In this document: piece by piece, positions 44,563 to 54,701 of the stretch | Position numbering within the stretch: the first letter of the stretch is position 1 | Layout: every line of letters begins with the position of its first letter | DNA from: a virus | Direction: 5' to 3' (one strand) | Length of the DNA: 64,000 nucleotides | Virus record (IMG/VR): IMGVR_UViG_3300042008_000003 | Span: 1-64,000 of that record | Made by a program: the position numbers and the translations under genes | The notes under the pieces: model-generated | Databases searched by the model: none | What the model was told of the DNA's origin: nothing | The model's input: only the letters and a program-made list of their open reading frames with translations

Positions 44563-45501
44563 ATGCTCTTGTCAGAATACTACTCCACGAGTAAACACAG
44601 CCTTAATGGTAATTCCTATGAAATATTATCTTATGGTAAGAATCAAAGATCTGTTTTCTTATTAAAATGTATCGTTTGTGGCGAAGAAGTAAGCATAAGA
44701 CCTGCATCTGTGTTGTCTGGAAGAAAACCTTGTTCGTGTAATAATCTAGCATCATCCCCAGAAAAGAAAATTAAACGTTTACTTCCTATCTTAAAACAGA
44801 AAAATTTAAAACTCTTGTCTGTTGAGATTCAAAGAGCCAAAGACCCTATTCAGATAGAATGTCTTGTCTGTAATAATACTTGGTCAGGTACTTATAACGG
44901 ATTAGTTTTAAAGGGAACTGGTTGTAAATTCTGCGCGAATAATGTAAGACCAACAGAAGAGCAATTTCAAGAGCAGATCGAAAAATTAGGTAGAAGTTTA
45001 GATTTTAGTTTTATTAGCATGGAATACTCCACAGACGTAAAACTTAGAAAAGTTCCAATTAAGCTAAATTGTTTGAAATGTAAAAAATCTTGGATAACTA
45101 CATCTGCAAGTATTAGAAAAGGGAGTACTTGTCCGCAATGTGCGTACTCTGGATTTAATCCATTAAAACCCGCCAAGTTATATATCCTTAAAGTCATTTC
45201 CTCAGATAATATCTTACAAGGCTATAAGTACGGGATAACTTGTGATATAGAAAGAAGACTGTATGAGCATCATAGAGATTGTAAAAGTTTAGGTTTAAAA
45301 TTTGAAGTTTCCTATATCTGGCAGTATGAAAACGGTGACTTGGCTCAATTTCACGAACGTTTAATTAAGTCTAAATTCGGAAGTTACTTTAACCTACAAG
45401 AACTTCCAAGTGGATTTACAGAATCTGTCCCAATATACAGCTTATCAGAATTGGTTGACTTTCAGTCCCAACAATACAGGAAGGAATTATGGCTGGATTA
45501 A
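44563..45501 (+). CDS. Zn-ribbon-repeat homing endonuclease with C-terminal GIY-YIG/T5orf172-like domain
   Basis: multiple CxxC; GFNP.KP..LY, YKYGIT..I.RR...H; GAGGAG RBS before ATG 44563. Confidence 0.78.
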   Translation: MLLSEYYSTSKHSLNGNSYEILSYGKNQRSVFLLKCIVCGEEVSIRPASVLSGRKPCSCNNLASSPEKKIKRLLPILKQKNLKLLSVEIQRAKDPIQIECLVCNNTWSGTYNGLVLKGTGCKFCANNVRPTEEQFQEQIEKLGRSLDFSFISMEYSTDVKLRKVPIKLNCLKCKKSWITTSASIRKGSTCPQCAYSGFNPLKPAKLYILKVISSDNILQGYKYGITCDIERRLYEHHRDCKSLGLKFEVSYIWQYENGDLAQFHERLIKSKFGSYFNLQELPSGFTESVPIYSLSELVDFQSQQYRKELWLD

Positions 45502-46931
45502 CTAATTCAGGTTTTGAAATAAAAAGGATGACTCAAATCTTGTCAGATTTGAGGGCAGAAGCTGTAACTTTATTTACGGATTTGCTGGAACCCGGCGATC
45601 AGGTCGATACATCTAGTAGTTCGGCCCTAGGTCGCCTTGTGGCTCTTGTTAGCCCAAGTCTAGCAGATTTATGGGAAGTGGCACAAGCTGATTACCAGGC
45701 ATTTGATCCCAACTCTGCTACAGGTATTGCTCTGGATAATCTTGTAGCTCTTGGTGGTATCACCAGACAAGAACAGACATACTCCACGGCACAAGTAGTT
45801 GTCTCAGGGGATAACGGTACTTTGGTATCCTCGGGCCTTACTATAGGCAGCTCAATTGACAGCAGTCAGTGGACAATTCTATCACCTGTAGCACTTTCCC
45901 CTTCTCAAGCTGTCGGTATTACAGTTACTCCTGTAACAGTTTCTAACACAAGTGTTTATAGCATAACTTATACATCTATCACCACATCAAACACTATCAA
46001 CTACACTAGTGATGCTTCGGCTACAGCTGCTGAGATTGTGGCTGGTTTGAATGCTACAATTATTGCAAGCCACCCAAGCCTTGTCAGCAGCATTGAAGGA
46101 ACAAGCCTTAAGATTAGTCGTGTTGATGAATTCTCAGCAGTAACCTTCACGGTAACATCTAACCTTGGTATTACAAAAGTACAAAAACTTGGTGAGGTTC
46201 GTAGTAGTGTAGTTGGAGAAGTTAACGCTGAAGCCGGTACACTCACTGTTATCCTTACACCTCAACTTGGTTGGGATAGTGTAACAAACCCACAAGCTGC
46301 AAGTCCAGGGCGTAATCTTGAGACTGATGAAGAACTACGTTTAAGGTTCAGAGAGACTAAGTTTGAGAGAGCATCTAATATCCTAGAAGCTCTATACTCA
46401 GCCCTGATCAACCTTGAGGGTGTTGAGGAAGTGCGTATCTATGAGAATGATACTGATGTTATAGATGCTTTTGGTGTCCCTGCACACAGCTTCATGCCAA
46501 TTATTCTTGGTGGTGTAAGTATAGATATAGCTAATACCATATGGGAAAATAAGCCAATGGGTATCAGAAGCTATGGTGATACCATAGTTGTAATCTTTGA
46601 TACTCAAGGTTTCTCTCATAATATTGGTTTTGAAAGACCAGATCCACAGCCTGTTTATATTACTGTTAATTTAACAACAGATAGTGATTTCCCAGGAACT
46701 GGTGTTGATGATATCAAATCTGCATTAATAGCATACTTTAATTCTAATCTTGGTATTGGTGATGATGTTATTTGGAGCAGGTTATTCACACCTATTAATA
46801 CAGTGAAAGGTCATGAGGTAGATAGTTTGTTTATTGGAACTTCTCCTAGCCCAACAGGTGTTGATAGTATCCCTATATCTTTTGATATGATCGCAAGTTT
46901 ATCCTCAGATAACATAATTGTGAATACATAA
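45489..46931 (+). CDS. baseplate J-like wedge protein
   Basis: ATG.ALD.L....GI.R, G...ETDEELR.R, YEN.T...D..G.P.HS. Confidence 0.9.
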   Translation: MAGLTNSGFEIKRMTQILSDLRAEAVTLFTDLLEPGDQVDTSSSSALGRLVALVSPSLADLWEVAQADYQAFDPNSATGIALDNLVALGGITRQEQTYSTAQVVVSGDNGTLVSSGLTIGSSIDSSQWTILSPVALSPSQAVGITVTPVTVSNTSVYSITYTSITTSNTINYTSDASATAAEIVAGLNATIIASHPSLVSSIEGTSLKISRVDEFSAVTFTVTSNLGITKVQKLGEVRSSVVGEVNAEAGTLTVILTPQLGWDSVTNPQAASPGRNLETDEELRLRFRETKFERASNILEALYSALINLEGVEEVRIYENDTDVIDAFGVPAHSFMPIILGGVSIDIANTIWENKPMGIRSYGDTIVVIFDTQGFSHNIGFERPDPQPVYITVNLTTDSDFPGTGVDDIKSALIAYFNSNLGIGDDVIWSRLFTPINTVKGHEVDSLFIGTSPSPTGVDSIPISFDMIASLSSDNIIVNT

Positions 46932-46943
46932 GAGGGGCATACA

Positions 46944-47759
46944 ATGTTAAACCCTTTTATCGAGCAAGACTATCTCAGTGAAGCCCGTGAGCGGGTGACA
47001 GAGCAATTCAAGTACGACCCTACAAGTGATACCGGGGCAAAAGTTTTTGATAAATATCTACAACTTCTTATTAATGCTCAAGTAGAGATACAGAAAGTAT
47101 TTAAAGACTTGATGCAACTAAGAAGTCTTGATACTGCCACCGGCGCTCAACTTGATGTTATTGGTAGGATTGTTGGTCAAGAACGTGTTCTTTTGAATGC
47201 TGACTTCTACGACTTCTTTGGTTTCCAAGGGGCAACTAAAGCTGCAAGTTTTGGTGAATTAGGTAATCCAACTGTTGGTGGTATGTTCTATGATTATGGT
47301 AAACCACTTGGTGGTAACATAGAACTTGACGACACTACTTACAGACTTTTCATAAAAGCTAAGATATTTAAAAACACCACCTCATCTACCCCAGAAGAAT
47401 TTTTAGCTGTAATTAACCTTGTTTTCGGGACCGATACGACAGTATTAACTGAGGAGGGTGATGCATCTATCACCGTTTTGTTGTCTAGGGCTCTGACTGA
47501 TTTTGAGCGGGCATTAATTTTCTATATTAGTAATGATCCCGGATATCCTTCAAGGTTAATCCCTAAAACAGTTGGAGTCAGGATAAATTTTGGTGAATAC
47601 AATGGAGATAGCTTCTTTGCATTTGAAGGTGTCCCTGGTGCTAAAGGCTTTGGGGAATTTACAGGAACATATGGGTATGGTCTTGGTTGGGGCTTAAGCT
47701 ATGGCGACAGCGATTTTATCATTACTGGAGATGGCGGAACCTTCGCCACCCTATTTTAA
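46944..47759 (+). CDS. baseplate wedge protein (DUF2612-type)
   Basis: LDTATG.QLD.IG.IVG..R, L.D..YR..IKAKI..N. Confidence 0.85.
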   Translation: MLNPFIEQDYLSEARERVTEQFKYDPTSDTGAKVFDKYLQLLINAQVEIQKVFKDLMQLRSLDTATGAQLDVIGRIVGQERVLLNADFYDFFGFQGATKAASFGELGNPTVGGMFYDYGKPLGGNIELDDTTYRLFIKAKIFKNTTSSTPEEFLAVINLVFGTDTTVLTEEGDASITVLLSRALTDFERALIFYISNDPGYPSRLIPKTVGVRINFGEYNGDSFFAFEGVPGAKGFGEFTGTYGYGLGWGLSYGDSDFIITGDGGTFATLF

Positions 47760-47790
47760 AGATTTTATTAACTATCTAGGATAAACTTTT

Positions 47791-48681
47791 ATGGCTGAGA
47801 TTACCAAGCCTTCTGACATTAACAAAATTTGGGCTTCGGCAGGTGATGTCCTAGCTCCATCTGATAGTAAGATTGCGACAGGCTGGGCCGTTGAGATTCC
47901 GCCCCGTCAGTGGTTTAATTACATTGATCAAAAACAAGATCAAGCCATTGCTCACATCAACCAGCACGGTATTCCTGTCTGGGACAACACCACAGAATAT
48001 CAATACAGTCTCAGCGGTACTAAATCAATCTGCATGGGCTCTGACGGCACAATCTATCGTGCAAAACAAGTTAGTATAAACCAAAACCCAGTTACAGATA
48101 CTTCTGATACTTATTGGGAAATTGCTTTTGCTAACGTTGCAGACTTCTACACTCAAACACAAAGTGATGCAAGATATCTACAAAAATCTGCAAATTTATC
48201 CGATTTAACAAACACAGCAACAGCTCGTACAAATCTGTCTGTTTATTCTCAAGCTCAGACTTACACAAAGACAGAAGTTGATGCTAAAACTACAGTAGCG
48301 TCAACCGCACAGGCCCAAGCTCAATCTAGCAACACTGTGTTAATTAGCGCACTACGGCTTGCTGAATCTTTTATGGGGGCAAATCAACTACTTACTGGCG
48401 CAGGCTATCAGAAACTACCCGGCGGCTTGATACTACAATGGAAAGCAGGTGTGTTTACAACTACAGGTGATAGTACCCAGACTATCACCTTCCCAATTGC
48501 TTTCCCAAACCAAACGCTTATGGTTGTTCCATCTACTATTGCTGGTAACTCAGTTACTTCTGACCTATGGGCGGCAGTATTATCCACGACCCAAACTTCC
48601 GCACTGATCTCTATGCAATGGAACGGCTCAGGGTCAATTGCCGGTGGTGCAACACCCCAAATTCTTGCTATAGGTTTTTAA
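47791..48681 (+). CDS. tail fibre protein
   Basis: WA..G, PP.QWFN, NLSDL.N...AR.NL, GYQKLPGGLILQW, FPIAFPN. Confidence 0.85.
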   Translation: MAEITKPSDINKIWASAGDVLAPSDSKIATGWAVEIPPRQWFNYIDQKQDQAIAHINQHGIPVWDNTTEYQYSLSGTKSICMGSDGTIYRAKQVSINQNPVTDTSDTYWEIAFANVADFYTQTQSDARYLQKSANLSDLTNTATARTNLSVYSQAQTYTKTEVDAKTTVASTAQAQAQSSNTVLISALRLAESFMGANQLLTGAGYQKLPGGLILQWKAGVFTTTGDSTQTITFPIAFPNQTLMVVPSTIAGNSVTSDLWAAVLSTTQTSALISMQWNGSGSIAGGATPQILAIGF

Positions 48682-48690
48682 GGAATTCTA

Positions 48691-50850
48691 ATGACTCAAT
48701 TAACATCTCCTTTTGTTGATAGTAAATATGGTTGGAATTATGGAGAGAGTGGGTGGAACACAGGGATGGACGAAAATCTTTTAAAGTTTTCCTACCTGTT
48801 TGATAGAAATATTACTTCTATTGTTAACTCATTACCCTCAGCAGTGAACGGCCAATCTTATTTCCTCACTACAGATAATAGACTATACTTTGCAATAAAT
48901 AATACATACTATTCATCCCCAACTCCTAAATGGTTTACTTTTTTTATAAGGTCTTCTGGGGACACCTACCAGTTTAATGGTACAGCAGCAGTACAGATAC
49001 CCAGCGCCAGCTCGGTCGGCTCAAGACTTGATACTGTTGAACTAACCTTGTCCACATTAGGTACAGCAGCATTTCAGAACTCCACCGCATTTGCTACCCC
49101 ATCCCAGCTTGATATTGTAGCAGGACAGTCTCAAACTTATACAGATTCAGCAGTAAACCTTCGGGTTTTAAAAACTGATCTTAGTAACACAGCAGATCCA
49201 ACTAAAGGTGCTGCTCTTGTTGGTAATGCTACAAGACAAGTGGCTACAATAGCTGTGCTAAGGACTCAGGCTGGATTATTCTCTGGTGAGCAAGTACTTC
49301 TAAAACAATACTCAACGGCTGCTGTTTCTGGTGGTGGCGGTTTTTGGTGGGATTCTGCAAGTACACAGGCTGATAACAGCGGTACAATTATTGCTGTAAC
49401 TGGTGTACCTACAGGTAGGTGGAAACGTATCTTCACTAAACACTTAGAGTTCAACGCGACAGATTTTGGTGTGGTTGGTAATGCTTTTTATAGAGACGCA
49501 GTAAATAAAGTATTTTGGCAGGACGCTGCAAAAACCTTAGCCCCAACAGACGACACAGCGGCAATGACCGCTTTGTTTGCAGCTGCTCACACCTTGACAA
49601 CATCTGTACCAGATAAAATTTGGATTGATCTTAATGGAAGATCTTGCTATATTACTGATAATATCGTTATCAGTAAAAGCTACATTGGTGTAAAGAATGG
49701 TAGCATCAAGCAAGGTACTGAGGCAAAAGATGCGCTCCAAATTGGGGGATCAGTTGCAGGTGTGCAATTACAGTATAATACTCTTGATGGCGTATCTTTG
49801 CATAAATGCCACTCAACTGTTGGAGCTGGGGTACTACTTAACCTCTTAACAAATGGTGTAGGTAATTTTATATGGAACTCTTATAATAATATTAATGAGG
49901 GTGGTTTTAACGGGTTCAAGATGTATGGTTCATGTTTTATGATGGATCTTAACAATATCTGGATTAATGATACCTATAGCTCCGCTTTCTATATGCCTGG
50001 TGGTGGTGGTACGACACAACCTCCTGTACAATTGGGCGGCAGTACCACCACAGTAATGCGCAGGCCCTATGTAACTAATGTAAGAACCAAAGACCCTGCC
50101 TTTGATATAGGTACAGGATATGATGGTATTACAATGGTTTCTCCCGCAGCAGATCATATTACTCAGTTTGGACGATTTAAAGTTAACGGACTTAAAATCG
50201 TTGGTATTGGTTACTCTGAGAATATTCGTAAGCCTATTGAAGGTGCTGCTCTTGTTGACCATAAATTTCTAGAAATTCAGAACGCTTCTGGCTTTTCTAT
50301 TGATGGGTTTTATGCTTCAATGGCAGGTGATTTTGGTACATCGCCAACAGGTATTAAAGCATTTTTGGATGCTGATTTTATTCCTGGTAGTATTGGAATG
50401 GTCCGTGGAGGATTCCCTACTGACTACTCTTTCGTCCGCACACAAGGGGGTAATGTTGAGTATTTCAATCTACTCCCAGGAATAACTACAAATACAGAGC
50501 TGTCTAATGGGAGAGCACTACTTAAGTTCAGAAGCCCTCTTAAGTTTTTTGGTACTTATGGAGGCACTGGGGCAGTTGCTATATTCACGATCCCCGGACT
50601 CGCGGCGGTATCTGAGGCACATACTTACCTTGTGACAAAAACATACAGTTTCGCAGGAAAATATGTGTCTAATACTTGGCTAGTTTCCGCAGGCAATGGT
50701 AAGTCGGTAGTTACTCAGCTACAAGCCGGTCCTGATGAACCTACAGCGTTTACTTTAACGGTTGCTTCAACTGGTGTTGTAACGTTAAATAACACAGGGC
50801 CCAACAACTTGTCTGGTCCGTGGACTGCTGTTGAGTTCAACGTTTTCTAG
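48691..50850 (+). CDS. tail spike / depolymerase (beta-helix)
   Basis: GGG.F.WD....AD..GTII...GRWKR, DFG..G...DDTAA pectate-lyase-like start, Gly/Asn-rich body. Confidence 0.78.
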   Translation: MTQLTSPFVDSKYGWNYGESGWNTGMDENLLKFSYLFDRNITSIVNSLPSAVNGQSYFLTTDNRLYFAINNTYYSSPTPKWFTFFIRSSGDTYQFNGTAAVQIPSASSVGSRLDTVELTLSTLGTAAFQNSTAFATPSQLDIVAGQSQTYTDSAVNLRVLKTDLSNTADPTKGAALVGNATRQVATIAVLRTQAGLFSGEQVLLKQYSTAAVSGGGGFWWDSASTQADNSGTIIAVTGVPTGRWKRIFTKHLEFNATDFGVVGNAFYRDAVNKVFWQDAAKTLAPTDDTAAMTALFAAAHTLTTSVPDKIWIDLNGRSCYITDNIVISKSYIGVKNGSIKQGTEAKDALQIGGSVAGVQLQYNTLDGVSLHKCHSTVGAGVLLNLLTNGVGNFIWNSYNNINEGGFNGFKMYGSCFMMDLNNIWINDTYSSAFYMPGGGGTTQPPVQLGGSTTTVMRRPYVTNVRTKDPAFDIGTGYDGITMVSPAADHITQFGRFKVNGLKIVGIGYSENIRKPIEGAALVDHKFLEIQNASGFSIDGFYASMAGDFGTSPTGIKAFLDADFIPGSIGMVRGGFPTDYSFVRTQGGNVEYFNLLPGITTNTELSNGRALLKFRSPLKFFGTYGGTGAVAIFTIPGLAAVSEAHTYLVTKTYSFAGKYVSNTWLVSAGNGKSVVTQLQAGPDEPTAFTLTVASTGVVTLNNTGPNNLSGPWTAVEFNVF

Positions 50851-50859
50851 TGAGAGACT

Positions 50860-50937
50860 ATGATAAACTATTCAGAAGCTGCAAAGCTCTTGGGTGTAGA
50901 GGAGGCAGCCGTAAAGGCTGTCGCTTCTTTTAAATAG
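50860..50937 (+). pseudogene. N-terminal remnant of an N-acetylmuramidase (DUF3380-type) endolysin
   Basis: MINYSEAAKLLGVEEAAVKAVAS, truncated just before the expected VES. Confidence 0.6.
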
Positions 50938-50948
50938 AGAGGCGGTAT

Positions 50949-51467
50949 ATGGCTGAGACTAAATCCAGTCTAACAAAGAAGCTCTTAGCATATGGATTTA
51001 CAGCAGCCGTGGCTATGAGTGGTGGTTATCTTGTTGCCCCGAATGAGGGTAAAGTAAATTCCACTTACCTTGATCCTGTAGGCATTGCAACCAGTTGTTA
51101 TGGACATACAGGTCCAGAACTTAAGCTTGGTCAGAAGTATACAGATACAGAATGTCTAGACCAGCTTGCTAAAGACCTTTCAAGTCACGATAAGCAAATG
51201 ATGAACCTTATCCGTGTACCCCTTACTGATTACCAACATGCTGCATTTTTAAGTTTTACTTACAATGTTGGTGTTAGTAACTTTAAGAGTTCTACACTTC
51301 TTAGGAAATTAAACTCCAAAGATTATAACGGAGCTTGTCAAGAATTGGTGAAATGGGTGTATGCAAAAGGTAAGAAATTAAATGGACTTGTGAATAGGCG
51401 TCAGGATGAGTTGAGCATGTGTCTTGGAGAAACCAAAATTGAGATTACAAAAACCAACCCTAGTTGA
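50949..51467 (+). CDS. endolysin, GH24 lysozyme with SAR-like N-terminus
   Basis: EG....YLDPVG..T.CYGHT, SF.YNVG...F..STL.RKLN, GL.NRR; weakly hydrophobic Ala/Gly N-terminus. Confidence 0.92.
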   Translation: MAETKSSLTKKLLAYGFTAAVAMSGGYLVAPNEGKVNSTYLDPVGIATSCYGHTGPELKLGQKYTDTECLDQLAKDLSSHDKQMMNLIRVPLTDYQHAAFLSFTYNVGVSNFKSSTLLRKLNSKDYNGACQELVKWVYAKGKKLNGLVNRRQDELSMCLGETKIEITKTNPS

Positions 51468-51699
51468 AGGCTGGAAGAAGTTATGGAAGTCTTATTCTGT
51501 AATATTCAGTTTGGCTAATATCCTTCAAGCTATATCTGTCTCAGCCCTATCTATCCTAGGTGTTATAAACGTTTACTTTGCATTTAAAGTCGTTATTGGA
51601 TTAGCTATTTTATTTGGTTTATTAGGCCTTGCTGGCAGGCTTCTGAGACAAGGTGTTCTTGTTAAAGATCCAGATGTGGAGAATACAGATGTTCAGTAA
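51424..51699 (+). CDS. holin
   Basis: W.K.WKS.S, two TM helices, GRL..Q tail; in lysis cassette. Confidence 0.7.
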   Translation: MEKPKLRLQKPTLVEGWKKLWKSYSVIFSLANILQAISVSALSILGVINVYFAFKVVIGLAILFGLLGLAGRLLRQGVLVKDPDVENTDVQ

Positions 51700-52132
51700 C
51701 CTGTTCTCTGGCGCTACGCTCTACATTATCATAGCCCTATTAGCTTCAACAGCAGGGTTTGGCTATCTTTCGTACTCATTGTACGGCGACAGGGCTGTAG
51801 CAGTGGCTCAGCTTAAAGATGCTAATGATGCGATTGTAGGGTATCAAAACTCCCTTAACTTAAAGGAGTCTTCTTGTAAGATTGATGACACCTCAGTGGT
51901 TGAAGTTGAAACCGAGAAGAAAGACCTTCAAAATAAAGTTGATGCTGTATCTGACAAATTTGATAAGCTAAAAGTTATTACGGCCACTAAGCCTTCAGTC
52001 AAACAAGAGATAATTAACCATGAAACTAATGTCTTGCCTGATGATGGGATTCTTAGTCCTAACATTACAAGCTTGCTCAATGAAGGGTGGTGTGACTCCT
52101 TCCCCACAGATGACATATGTCGGGCCAAGTGA
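51689..52132 (+). CDS. i-spanin (Rz-like)
   Basis: N-terminal TM helix and coiled coil; GGAG RBS. Confidence 0.78.
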   Translation: MFSNLFSGATLYIIIALLASTAGFGYLSYSLYGDRAVAVAQLKDANDAIVGYQNSLNLKESSCKIDDTSVVEVETEKKDLQNKVDAVSDKFDKLKVITATKPSVKQEIINHETNVLPDDGILSPNITSLLNEGWCDSFPTDDICRAK

Positions 52133-52304
52133 CGCATTGTTGATGCGACCTTGCAAAGCTACTCCTGCTGGTGAAAGTCTTATTGATCTAGCTAAAGCTC
52201 AGAATAAGAATGTGTCATGCATCAGTATGTATCAGAAACAGTTAGACGCAATCAAAAAGAATAGAGACAAGCAAAAGGAATTGTATAATGTCAAACCCAA
52301 GTGA
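52020..52304 (+). CDS. o-spanin lipoprotein (Rz1-like)
   Basis: lipobox LQAC, Pro-rich, overlaps 3' end of i-spanin in another frame. Confidence 0.8.
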   Translation: MKLMSCLMMGFLVLTLQACSMKGGVTPSPQMTYVGPSDALLMRPCKATPAGESLIDLAKAQNKNVSCISMYQKQLDAIKKNRDKQKELYNVKPK

Positions 52305-52599
52305 TGCTGGGCATCGTATTAATAACTTAATGGAACGTTGTGCTATTGCATTGCTTGGACTTCTGTTTTCTATCCTCTTCACTGTTTATCAGTATCAACG
52401 AACTGACTTCAAAACTTTAGAAGAGAAAGTTTTAGTGATGCAGATGAACAAGGTAAACAAGGAAGATTTAAAAGATGTTGAGAGTAGATTAAATTTGAAA
52501 ATGGATGCAATGGCTATCAACATGAGTCAAGAGGTAAGAAACACTCGTGCTGATATCATTGACAGGATTGAACTGCTGTTTGGGAAAATAAAGAAGTAG
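52288..52599 (+). CDS. single-TM coiled-coil protein
   Basis: hydrophobic aa 18-35 followed by heptads. Confidence 0.7.
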   Translation: MSNPSDAGHRINNLMERCAIALLGLLFSILFTVYQYQRTDFKTLEEKVLVMQMNKVNKEDLKDVESRLNLKMDAMAINMSQEVRNTRADIIDRIELLFGKIKK

Positions 52600-52604
52600 G
52601 GGGA

Positions 52605-52952
52605 ATGTCAATGGGGTGGGTGATCATCAGAAGGGTTGCAGATTTATTGACGTTAGTACTGCTGATTATAATGATTTCCATCGTAATGACAAACAGTAAA
52701 AGCTCAGAAGATTTTGGTAACTTTGCATTAAAGCTTGATAAGTACAAACAAGAATCAGCTAAAGTTATGGCTTCAAATATTGAGTATATGGATAAAAGAG
52801 TTAACGGATTAGCTGAAACTCAAGATAGATATCAAGTTAGTACAGATCAAAGAGTGTATGTATTAGAACAAAGGATTCTTCAATTACTGTCTGATAAGAA
52901 AGCTAGCCAGAAAGTTATCAACAATAACATAAATACTCTAACCACTAACTAG
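52605..52952 (+). CDS. single-TM coiled-coil protein
   Basis: hydrophobic aa 13-29 followed by heptads. Confidence 0.7.
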   Translation: MSMGWVIIRRVADLLTLVLLIIMISIVMTNSKSSEDFGNFALKLDKYKQESAKVMASNIEYMDKRVNGLAETQDRYQVSTDQRVYVLEQRILQLLSDKKASQKVINNNINTLTTN

Positions 52953-53025
52953 AAAGAATAAAAATAAGTACTGCCCTAGCAGCAGACATTTGAGGTTACG
53001 CCATTAACCTTATCTTAGATACTTT

Positions 53026-53064
53026 AAAGCCCAGCTATCCGTTTAGGACGCTGGGCTTTCTTTT
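53026..53064. terminator. bidirectional terminator between convergent arms
   Basis: AAAGCCCAGC...GCTGGGCTTT followed by CTTTT. Confidence 0.75.
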
Positions 53065-53206
53065 ACCTGTTATTTATGTTTCTCAACTTCTACTTTAAAC
53101 TCAGACAAGAATGTAGATAACCGACTACGCAATTGTTGAGTATCTTTGAACTTCAGTACCAACTCTTTAAGTTCATTGACTTGTTCTCTGAATTCGTGGT
53201 CTTTCA

Positions 53207-53416
53207 TCATTCCTCCAAATTAGTAACTTTGACGCTGCTCTCGAAAGATTTTTCCAAATCCTTCAAACTCTTATCAATCACTTGTTTCTTCTGTTCGATT
53301 ACACTCACACCACGCTCAATCTGAGACTTCTTCCAGTCAAGCCAGAGGTATCCACCTAGTAGCACTGTGGCTAAGAGGAAGAGTGTGGCGGCGATGTCTG
53401 TCAATGGTGCTTTCAT
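53207..53416 (-). CDS. small membrane protein
   Basis: TM helix; GAGGAGG RBS. Confidence 0.65.
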   Translation of the reverse strand: MKAPLTDIAATLFLLATVLLGGYLWLDWKKSQIERGVSVIEQKKQVIDKSLKDLEKSFESSVKVTNLEE

Positions 53417-53426
53417 ACTATCCTCC

Positions 53427-54065
53427 TCAATTCCACCAAGACAGAAGCTTACGCTCCATCAATTTACAAGCCAATTCTAGATCATCCTTACGCTGTTGTC
53501 CAGTTAATTTGTAGAATTGTCGAGGCGTTCTATAGCTTGGAAGGGTGTTAGGTTTATTGGTGAACACACCCATGCCAAACCCATCCCCACGGCTGTAATC
53601 AAGCTTATCTTGCGTATAACTGTCATCACGTACACGTTCAAGGACATGAGCAAACACTTTCAATTCTTTAGCAGTCTTCAAATGTCCAACGTGATGGCCA
53701 TATTTCTCTTGAACCTCTGACATATCCTTAGCAGACGTAATCATGAAATTCATCATTCCTGAATAATCCCATGAGCGATAGTTCCAAAGACACTTACGGA
53801 ATAGCCATAAATTCTTGAAGAACTTCCAAATTGTAGCTGTGCGAATGTTGAACCAAAGGTCTGGGGCGAACATTACAACATTCTGTAGTTTGTCAAATCC
53901 CTTAGTGGTGATCCAATTAATGATTGGGGATTTCTCAGCAGATTCCTTCTTGTGTTTAGCCCAATCCTGTACAGACAGGGCATAAGGGTTGTCTAGTCCG
54001 AATTTAGTACGGATATATTTGGAGAATCGGCTAAGACTCCAGTACTGGTAACGTTGACGATACAT
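53427..54065 (-). CDS. conserved-looking Trp-rich phage protein
   Basis: AGGAG RBS before MYRQ. Confidence 0.7.
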   Translation of the reverse strand: MYRQRYQYWSLSRFSKYIRTKFGLDNPYALSVQDWAKHKKESAEKSPIINWITTKGFDKLQNVVMFAPDLWFNIRTATIWKFFKNLWLFRKCLWNYRSWDYSGMMNFMITSAKDMSEVQEKYGHHVGHLKTAKELKVFAHVLERVRDDSYTQDKLDYSRGDGFGMGVFTNKPNTLPSYRTPRQFYKLTGQQRKDDLELACKLMERKLLSWWN

Positions 54066-54143
54066 TTTATTTCTCCTAATCAAAAGAAAGCCCCAGCCAA
54101 TTGCTTGGACATGGGGCTAAGGATAGCACATCAGGTTATTTTG

Positions 54144-54656
54144 TCAAGCTTTTGTTAGGCAATTTTTACACATACAGACGTCATTCATTTCCAACCCTTT
54201 ACTCTGTACACAATAAGTCTGAATAACCCATTCAGCAAACAAAATAAGCTGCTCAGGATTAGCTGAACTCTTCATACAATTTGCAAGGTGGCTGATAACC
54301 TGAACATTTCCCTTGACATACCCAAGCTCGTTGTCAATCCTGTCAAGAGCAGGTGAATGGTTTTCTCCACCAGCCCTACCTTTGTGGACGACTAAAGGAA
54401 TTCCAAGAATAGGGCAGAATTCAGGAATGATAATATCTGACACTTCAATATCAAACGGCACACCAGACTTAACAACTCTAGACTTGGCACGTCTCCACAT
54501 TTTGATTTCTGGTGACTGACTCTTAACTCTACCGGAGTTACAGACGCCACAAAGAGTTACTGTAGGACTTGTTCTCTCGTAAATGACTAAACAATTTGTA
54601 CACTGTCTGTGTGTTTCATTTGTTAACCAACCTTCTCTGTTCTTAATTAATTCCAT
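54144..54656 (-). CDS. HNH-type endonuclease
   Basis: IPE.CPILGIPL, SP.LDRIDN..GYVKGNV.VIS..AN..K. Confidence 0.85.
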   Translation of the reverse strand: MELIKNREGWLTNETHRQCTNCLVIYERTSPTVTLCGVCNSGRVKSQSPEIKMWRRAKSRVVKSGVPFDIEVSDIIIPEFCPILGIPLVVHKGRAGGENHSPALDRIDNELGYVKGNVQVISHLANCMKSSANPEQLILFAEWVIQTYCVQSKGLEMNDVCMCKNCLTKA

Positions 54657-54701
54657 TTTAAACCTTAAATAAAAATAGCCCCACTTAAGGGGCTTTAAAA
54701 G

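Noticed and set aside
44454-45501. Group I intron in the baseplate gene
   Set aside because: No room for a ribozyme core, and the downstream gene has its own complete start
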